Positions 26,951 to 32,195 of a stretch of DNA of 32,195 nucleotides are shown here, in pieces. A model generated the notes under the pieces. The model saw only the letters and a list, made by a program, of their open reading frames with translations. It made no database searches and was not told the DNA's origin. A program made the translations under genes and the position numbers. The DNA comes from Sedimentisphaeraceae bacterium JB056 (GTDB taxonomy: Bacteria; Planctomycetota; Phycisphaerae; Sedimentisphaerales; Sedimentisphaeraceae): the NCBI GenBank assembly GCA_044440125.1, contig JBITAJ010000001.1:1-32195 (forward strand), in the 5' to 3' direction. Position 1 is the stretch's first letter. Every line of letters begins with the position of its first letter.

Positions 26951-28194
26951 TCGTTCAATAAATCATAGAGCCAGTTTTCTGCTAACAAGAACATATCGTG
27001 TTCATCGACATATCTATCTTCATTAAAATCACCTTGCGGCCAGTTTCCATATTGCTTCCAGCGTGAGGCAAGTCGTATGAAATCCATCATATCTACTATG
27101 CCGTCAGAGTTGGCGTCTCCATAGATTTGCTGAATAGCTCCTATTGCCTCAAGATCGAAACCGCCTGAGCCCCATGTTACCCATGCATCGTGTATGCCGT
27201 GATTCTTTTCATATAGTGTTCCGCCGGTTCCGGTTGATTCATCTATTGAGTTAGGCTCTATTATAGTAGAAGCGTTATCCTGAAAGAAACCATTTCCGGG
27301 GATGTCAATGATTCTTACATAGTTAATATTGTTAATGTCTACAGTGCCGGTTATTACTTGTTCAAAAGTTTCGATATCTTTCAGGTTGAACGGAGTTCCC
27401 CAACTGCTTTCATATGCGTTGACATGTTTACCTGCAAGATTGTAAACGTTGCTTGGGTCTATTGTACCATAAGCTCCTACATCATCGGGAGTGAGAGAGA
27501 CGCTTGGGAATCTGACAAAGTCAATACCGTTTGTTGAAACTTCAACGTAGGCAAGCTCCGCAAAAATCTGTCCGCCAACTCCGGCTCCGCCTGCTGATAT
27601 AAATCCGTTTTCAAATACCGCAAAGTCTGGGCCTGGTCCATTGGTTATCGGTTCATCAAAGCTAAGTGTGATTTGTCCGGGTTGTATTTTGTTGGGGTCA
27701 TCATCTGCCAAAAGATAATTATACATGTAGCCGGAGTTTTCTGGATTTAAAACAGCTAATTGTTCCAGCCATAAATCGCCAAGTACGCATACATTGAAAT
27801 TGTCACCGGTTACATGTCCCAAGGCTTCTTGCGGCTTTCTCCATATATCCGGTACACCACCAGTAGGAGAATAAACCTCATTTCCAATCAGACTCTGATC
27901 CATTGCGGGAGCAGGAATATAGTTTGCGTAATTTGATGCCCAGTTTTTGAATACGGGGTTTATGTAGTTGCTTGTGGTGTCTCCAGATGGCTCTTCGTCA
28001 TTTACTCCAGGGTTGCATATGCCTCTGCCTGAGGAACCAATGAAACCGGCAATCGCGGCATCAGATGCGAGTGGATTGAAATTTTCCATGGCGGTAGAGT
28101 ATGGCCCGCTGAAAGTTTCAGATTCAGCTCCGTTATAAGCAAGAGTGAAGTTTGTAAATAATATTAGTAAGGCTGATACAGTTTTTTTTATCAT
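26947..28194 (-). CDS. Secreted dockerin-tailed protein, candidate cobalamin-binding surface protein
   Basis: Signal peptide; ITLSFDEPITNGPGPDFAVFENGF, AELAYVEVSTNG, YVRIIDIPG, GFDLEAIG; two dockerin-like repeats; downstream of the B12 riboswitch. Confidence 0.7.
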   Translation of the reverse strand: MIKKTVSALLILFTNFTLAYNGAESETFSGPYSTAMENFNPLASDAAIAGFIGSSGRGICNPGVNDEEPSGDTTSNYINPVFKNWASNYANYIPAPAMDQSLIGNEVYSPTGGVPDIWRKPQEALGHVTGDNFNVCVLGDLWLEQLAVLNPENSGYMYNYLLADDDPNKIQPGQITLSFDEPITNGPGPDFAVFENGFISAGGAGVGGQIFAELAYVEVSTNGIDFVRFPSVSLTPDDVGAYGTIDPSNVYNLAGKHVNAYESSWGTPFNLKDIETFEQVITGTVDINNINYVRIIDIPGNGFFQDNASTIIEPNSIDESTGTGGTLYEKNHGIHDAWVTWGSGGFDLEAIGAIQQIYGDANSDGIVDMMDFIRLASRWKQYGNWPQGDFNEDRYVDEHDMFLLAENWLYDLLNE

Positions 28195-28215
28195 ATTATT
28201 TTTTTCTGTAAAATG

Positions 28216-28248
28216 CGGCGGCAGAAAATTGTGGTTATTCTGCCGCCG
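28216..28248 (-). other. Intergenic hairpin (partial terminator or mRNA stabiliser)
   Basis: Perfect 11-bp stem CGGCGGCAGAA/TTCTGCCGCCG between the first and second genes of the riboswitch unit. Confidence 0.6.
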
Positions 28249-28253
28249 ATAAA

Positions 28254-29387
28254 TTATTCCATATCCATTTTGTATTCAAGACCGTCAGTGAGCCATTGTG
28301 ATGCGAATGTTGCAAAGTCGTCTATTGAAACTCTGCAATCGCCATTAGCATCCATTGATGGGCGATTAACGCATGCTGGAATTGCGATAGCTGTTATCGG
28401 GCCATAGAAGTTATATGAGCCATAAAGCGCATCACCTTTTGTGAAGTCGCCTTCTATTGCCAATCCGCCGAACCAGCCGTATGCCGCTGATGATTCACCT
28501 AAGATTGTGTAGTTGTCGCCATCACCGCTTGTGCCGTTCCACATCATCAGATAGCTTGAGTTGTTTACTGTAACAAATACATGACCACCGTCATCAACAG
28601 TTAAACCGTTTGCTCCTCCAGGCAGATCGGTTAATTTTTCTCCGTCCTCAAGAGTAAGATATTCATCTATTTCATCGTTAGCTATATCATCAATTACGGT
28701 TTCTACTTGCGAACTTGTCCATTTATAAAGACCGAGGTCGCCGCTGTTGTAAACGGCATAATAGAAGTTACCGTCCTTATCTATTGCCATGTGCGCAGAG
28801 TTGCCGGCTGTTTCGATAAGGGAATCGTGAAGCTGCAATCCACCTTCTATATCATTGTAAGTATGTGGAGAATCTGGTACGAACCTTGAAATAAACGTTG
28901 TCTGGCCTACTGAGCCGTTCCATGGTTCATTAAGACCGCTGAAATAAAGTTCGCCGTTGTATACTTGGCCGCCATAGAAGTTTACGGCTGAACCTTCTTC
29001 TGTCCACTGTTCTGTGGATTCATCATATTTATATAGATAGCCGTCGCTCATTGCATCGCAGGTTGCTCCATAAAAATATCCGTTCTCGGAATCGTATGCT
29101 CCGAAAGGGTCTCCATAACCATTGCTGTTGATGTTTTCGGGTTTGCCAACAACGGTTATATCACCCGTTGATACATCAAGCTTACTGTAGCCGGTTGAGG
29201 CGTTCCAGTAGTGTACGAATCCGTCATGATAGCTGAATCCGCCTTCTATCATGATGCTGTAATCTGCACCGTAGTCTTTGGCGGCCAGTTGATTGTCAAA
29301 GGCATCGGTAAGATCCAGCTGTGTTGTTGCGCCAAAAATAAGCGGGCTTATCATGGCAATAGTAATGATTGTTCTTCTGATAGACAT
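28254..29387 (-). CDS. Secreted, probably beta-propeller protein with dockerin-like tail
   Basis: Signal peptide; blade-like strands (HMAIDKDGNFYYA, GLTVDDGGHVFVT); tail DANGDCRVSIDDFATFASQWL; GGAG RBS. Confidence 0.7.
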   Translation of the reverse strand: MSIRRTIITIAMISPLIFGATTQLDLTDAFDNQLAAKDYGADYSIMIEGGFSYHDGFVHYWNASTGYSKLDVSTGDITVVGKPENINSNGYGDPFGAYDSENGYFYGATCDAMSDGYLYKYDESTEQWTEEGSAVNFYGGQVYNGELYFSGLNEPWNGSVGQTTFISRFVPDSPHTYNDIEGGLQLHDSLIETAGNSAHMAIDKDGNFYYAVYNSGDLGLYKWTSSQVETVIDDIANDEIDEYLTLEDGEKLTDLPGGANGLTVDDGGHVFVTVNNSSYLMMWNGTSGDGDNYTILGESSAAYGWFGGLAIEGDFTKGDALYGSYNFYGPITAIAIPACVNRPSMDANGDCRVSIDDFATFASQWLTDGLEYKMDME

Positions 29388-29434
29388 TAAAAAATCTCCA
29401 ACTTAAAATAATAAAAATGATTATACGCGTCATT

Positions 29435-29467
29435 AAAAAAACCTGCTCTCCCGAAAGGAAAAGCAGG
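29435..29467 (-). terminator. Riboswitch expression-platform terminator
   Basis: Minus strand CCTGCTTTTCCT-TTCG-GGAGAGCAGG-TTTTTTT between aptamer and first gene. Confidence 0.85.
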
Positions 29468-29529
29468 CTGAGATTTTTAATTCGTAACTTATCAGAAGTG
29501 TCGGAATACCGGTACCGCAGTTTGCTGTG

Positions 29530-29714
29530 AGTTCCAATCGCGAGAACTATCAATGCACAATTAAGGTATTCTGACTTTCACTCTGCCTGAAAACGCCTTC
29601 CCGCTTTGACAGCAGTGGCATAAGTTTTCAGGGTTTTCCTTTTTGTGAGGAAGCGAGCGATCACAGCGGCGCGACCGTCACGGATTTTAACCGTGTTCCC
29701 TTATTTTATATTGT
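29530..29714 (-). ncRNA. Cobalamin riboswitch
   Basis: Minus strand AAGGGAACACGGTTAAAATCCGTG, CCGCTGTGA, GCCACTG...GGGAAGGC, B12 box AAGTCAGAATACC; L5 TCGCG is complementary to CGCGA in the loop of the hairpin at 29530-29548 (kissing loop). Confidence 0.95.
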
Positions 29715-29739
29715 CTCAATTTTGAAAGAACGGTTTGGG

Positions 29740-29767
29740 ATTCTAACAGCTAATTTTTTGAAGGCAA
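29740..29767 (-). promoter_or_regulatory. Promoter of the riboswitch unit
   Basis: Minus strand TTGCCT, 16-bp spacer, TG-t-TAGAAT just upstream of the aptamer. Confidence 0.6.
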
Positions 29768-29905
29768 GCATATAGCAAGATTTTTATATCTTTTAGCTGT
29801 TTTGTTTCAATTTTTTTGTGGAGTGCTTAATTAACGACCATTGGGAGGCCATTAAGCTTTGGAATCTCCCATTGGTTGGTTTGGGTGTGATTATGATTTT
29901 CGTAT

Positions 29906-29934
29906 TTGACTTTTAATTGACGCTGTGTTAATAT
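29906..29934 (+). promoter_or_regulatory. sigma70-type promoter of the sulfatase
   Basis: TTGACT, 17-bp spacer, TG-t-TAATAT. Confidence 0.6.
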
Positions 29935-29987
29935 GGCACTACCCCTAAAATGTGTTCATTACTCGTTTTTAACAAGGCTGAAAAATA

Positions 29988-31571
29988 ATGAACAATACAA
30001 AAAAATATTCAAGACGGAACTTTATGAAAATTTTCGCGACAGCAGCGGCCACCTCTTCTGTTATAAGCGGATGTGAAAGTCAGTCTATGAGCAAAGCTCA
30101 AAATGGCAGCGGTATTAAGCATCCTAATATACTGATAATAATTGCCGATCAGCTTTCTCAGAAAGCTCTTCCTTCTTATGGTGATAAATATGCCGATGCT
30201 CCAAACATAGAGAGCATAATGAAAAATGGCGTTCGTTTTTCTCAGGTTTACACGCCTTGCCCGCTTTGTCAGCCTGCAAGGTCGGCATTCTGGACGAGCC
30301 ATTATCCGCATCAGACTAATGTTACAACCAATCTTCCTACTGAGCCGCAGGAAATACTCGGTTCTCAGATAACCAAGGTTTCGCCGATGACAGAGCCATC
30401 TATGACTACTCTTGGCGATGTTTTCTCAAGCTCCGGTTATATATGTCGTCATTTTGGTAAGATGCATGATGCCGGTGCGCTTCGCGGTTTTGAGTGTGAT
30501 GATCCGGCTCAAACTCTGCCCGTTGAGCGGACTCATCCGGCCTGGCCTGTAAATCTTGATACTACTCGCGACAGATACACGGCTCAAAGGTGCGTCGATT
30601 TCTTGGAATCAGAGCATGATAAGCCATTTATCGCGGTTGCCGATTTCAATAATCCGCATAATATCTGCGGCTGGGTTGGTGAAAATCAGGGTGAGCATAC
30701 CGATGTCGATATAGATAGCAAGCTGCCTGAGCTTCCAGATAATTTTGAAGTTGAGGATATGGAGACAAGGGCTCCGGGAATTCAGTATCTTTGCTGTACT
30801 CATCCAAGGCTCAATCAGGCTGCGCATTGGAATAAAGAAAACTACCGCCATTATCTTGCGGCATATTATCACTACCTTAAGGTGGTTGATGATGAGATTG
30901 GACTTGTGTTAAACGCTTTGAAACACGGCGGTTATGATGATAATACACTGATTGTCTTTATGGCCGATCACGGTGACGGCATGTCTTGCCATCGTATGAC
31001 AACCAAGAGACTTAGTTTCTATGATGAGACAACGAGAATTCCGTTTGCTTTTGCCGGTCCTGGAATAAAGGATAAAGATATGCTTATTGAGAAGCCGCTT
31101 GTCTCTACGCTTGATCTTGTACCGACATTGTGCGATTATGCAGGTGTAGCAAAACCTCAAAGCCTTGAGGGACAAAGCCTTATGCATTATCTAAACGGCA
31201 AGGGAGAGCCAGTTGAAAGAGATTATCTAATAAGTCAGTGGCATGCGGAATGGAATTTTACCTATGAGCCGGGCAGGATGCTGAGAACCGACCGCTATAA
31301 GTATATAAAATACGCGGAAGAAAGGGCTGAGGAGTTTTATGACCTCGAAAAAGACCCCGGCGAGAAGAAGAATCTTATAAATGATGCCTCATATAAGGAT
31401 ATTATAGATAAGCATCGCAAGATGTTTGCGTCCTATTTAAAGGATAAAGAAGATCCGTTCGAAAGTATGCAGGCAGTGGTTGATCCAAGATGGAGAAGCC
31501 ACAAACTTGGATATCAAAATCACGAAGGCGGCAGCATAAAAGATTTTCCGCCGCCGAAAGAGCTTCAGTAA
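29988..31571 (+). CDS. Formylglycine-dependent (S1) sulfatase, Tat-exported, probable lipoprotein
   Basis: SRRNFMK twin-arginine, ISG|C, PNILIIIADQ, CQPARS (CxPxR), GKMH, NPH, ADHGD, EFYDLEKDPGEKKNL. Confidence 0.93.
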   Translation: MNNTKKYSRRNFMKIFATAAATSSVISGCESQSMSKAQNGSGIKHPNILIIIADQLSQKALPSYGDKYADAPNIESIMKNGVRFSQVYTPCPLCQPARSAFWTSHYPHQTNVTTNLPTEPQEILGSQITKVSPMTEPSMTTLGDVFSSSGYICRHFGKMHDAGALRGFECDDPAQTLPVERTHPAWPVNLDTTRDRYTAQRCVDFLESEHDKPFIAVADFNNPHNICGWVGENQGEHTDVDIDSKLPELPDNFEVEDMETRAPGIQYLCCTHPRLNQAAHWNKENYRHYLAAYYHYLKVVDDEIGLVLNALKHGGYDDNTLIVFMADHGDGMSCHRMTTKRLSFYDETTRIPFAFAGPGIKDKDMLIEKPLVSTLDLVPTLCDYAGVAKPQSLEGQSLMHYLNGKGEPVERDYLISQWHAEWNFTYEPGRMLRTDRYKYIKYAEERAEEFYDLEKDPGEKKNLINDASYKDIIDKHRKMFASYLKDKEDPFESMQAVVDPRWRSHKLGYQNHEGGSIKDFPPPKELQ

Positions 31572-31730
31572 TCCATGACCAATCAACAAACAGCGGAGAA
31601 TGCCCTAGGCAGAAGCCCCTATATTCCATATTCATGTAGTTTGTGAAGTAGAATCCGTTGGCTTAAACTTAAAGTCAACTTGGTGTTATTATGTTTTTAT
31701 AGGCAAAATATAGTTTGACGGGAAGATGAT

Positions 31731-32129
31731 TTGAATAATTCATTGTCAAAGAAGATATTGAATTGCTGTGCTATTGTCTGCGTACCGATAGCAATGCTTA
31801 GTTTTTTTAGTTTGATTTCTTTTTTTATGGCAGTAACGTCACAAGAAGCAATACAACAATATGATAAACCATTACCGGAAGATTGGGTTGCTGGAGCTAT
31901 GAATCACGGTGATTATTATAAGTGGTGGACAATTTCGGAGAATATGTCATTATTTATATTGGCATTAATTGCTCTTCTACTATCAGTTGTTACTATAATA
32001 TTATCTGTTATTTTGCCAAAATTAATTGAGGAAAAAGGAGAGAACGAAACGGGGTCAAGAGAACGAAACGGGGTCAGGTCTCTTTTATCTCTTTTGATAA
32101 CAGGTGTTTATGTTTTGGTAAAGAGGTAA
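31731..32129 (+). CDS. Hypothetical membrane protein whose 3' end runs into a repeat element
   Basis: TTG start, two hydrophobic segments, AT-rich; the last ~30 codons are repeat-derived. Confidence 0.5.
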   Translation: MNNSLSKKILNCCAIVCVPIAMLSFFSLISFFMAVTSQEAIQQYDKPLPEDWVAGAMNHGDYYKWWTISENMSLFILALIALLLSVVTIILSVILPKLIEEKGENETGSRERNGVRSLLSLLITGVYVLVKR

Positions 32130-32142
32130 CTGTCCCCTGTTT
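32039..32142. repeat. REP-like GGGG(T/A)CAG element with 19-bp tandem duplication
   Basis: AGAGAACGAAACGGGGTCA twice (32039-32076); AAACGGGGTCAGGTCTCTT is imperfectly inverted to AAGAGGTAACTGTCCCCTGTTT (32121-32142). Confidence 0.7.
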
Positions 32143-32151
32143 GAGATGCGA

Positions 32152-32180
32152 TTGCTTTGGTCTGGATGTGCTGATATAAT
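32152..32180 (+). promoter_or_regulatory. sigma70-type promoter reading out of the window
   Basis: TTGCTT, 17-bp spacer, TG-a-TATAAT. Confidence 0.65.
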
Positions 32181-32195
32181 GTTTAAGTTTGAATA

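Noticed and set aside
29296..29553. 85-aa ORF upstream of the B12 unit
   Set aside because: Overlaps the riboswitch hairpin, the terminator and the next gene's start; non-coding leader.

Overview
Bacterial chromosomal window, most likely from a Phycisphaerae/Sedimentisphaerales-type planctomycete. This is inferred from the prepilin-type H-X9-DG proteins, four secreted proteins with 'DxNxDxxVxxxDxxxxAxxWL' dockerin-like tails, and a Tat-lipoprotein sulfatase. Left to right: a DUF3089-like hydrolase, an MFS-HEAT fusion, folC (probably leaderless), tRNA-Leu(GAG), tRNA-Ser(GCT), a glycogen cluster (CBM48 protein, glgP, glgA, glgB, fused GH13+GH133 debranching enzyme) and a TPR gene. Next is a compact, intact five-gene phage-head-only module (portal, scaffold-like, DUF5309-like capsid, connector-like, lipoprotein). 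It has no terminase, integrase, tail or att site in the window, and its upstream region and spacers carry REP-like repeats. On the minus strand are two nutrient-uptake-like units, each pairing dockerin-tailed secreted proteins with a pilin-like protein: one under a cobalamin riboswitch, one behind a His/CxxC/RAPP leader ORF. The window ends with a sulfatase and a membrane ORF running into a REP-like element. All family calls come from motif recognition; no database searches were run.
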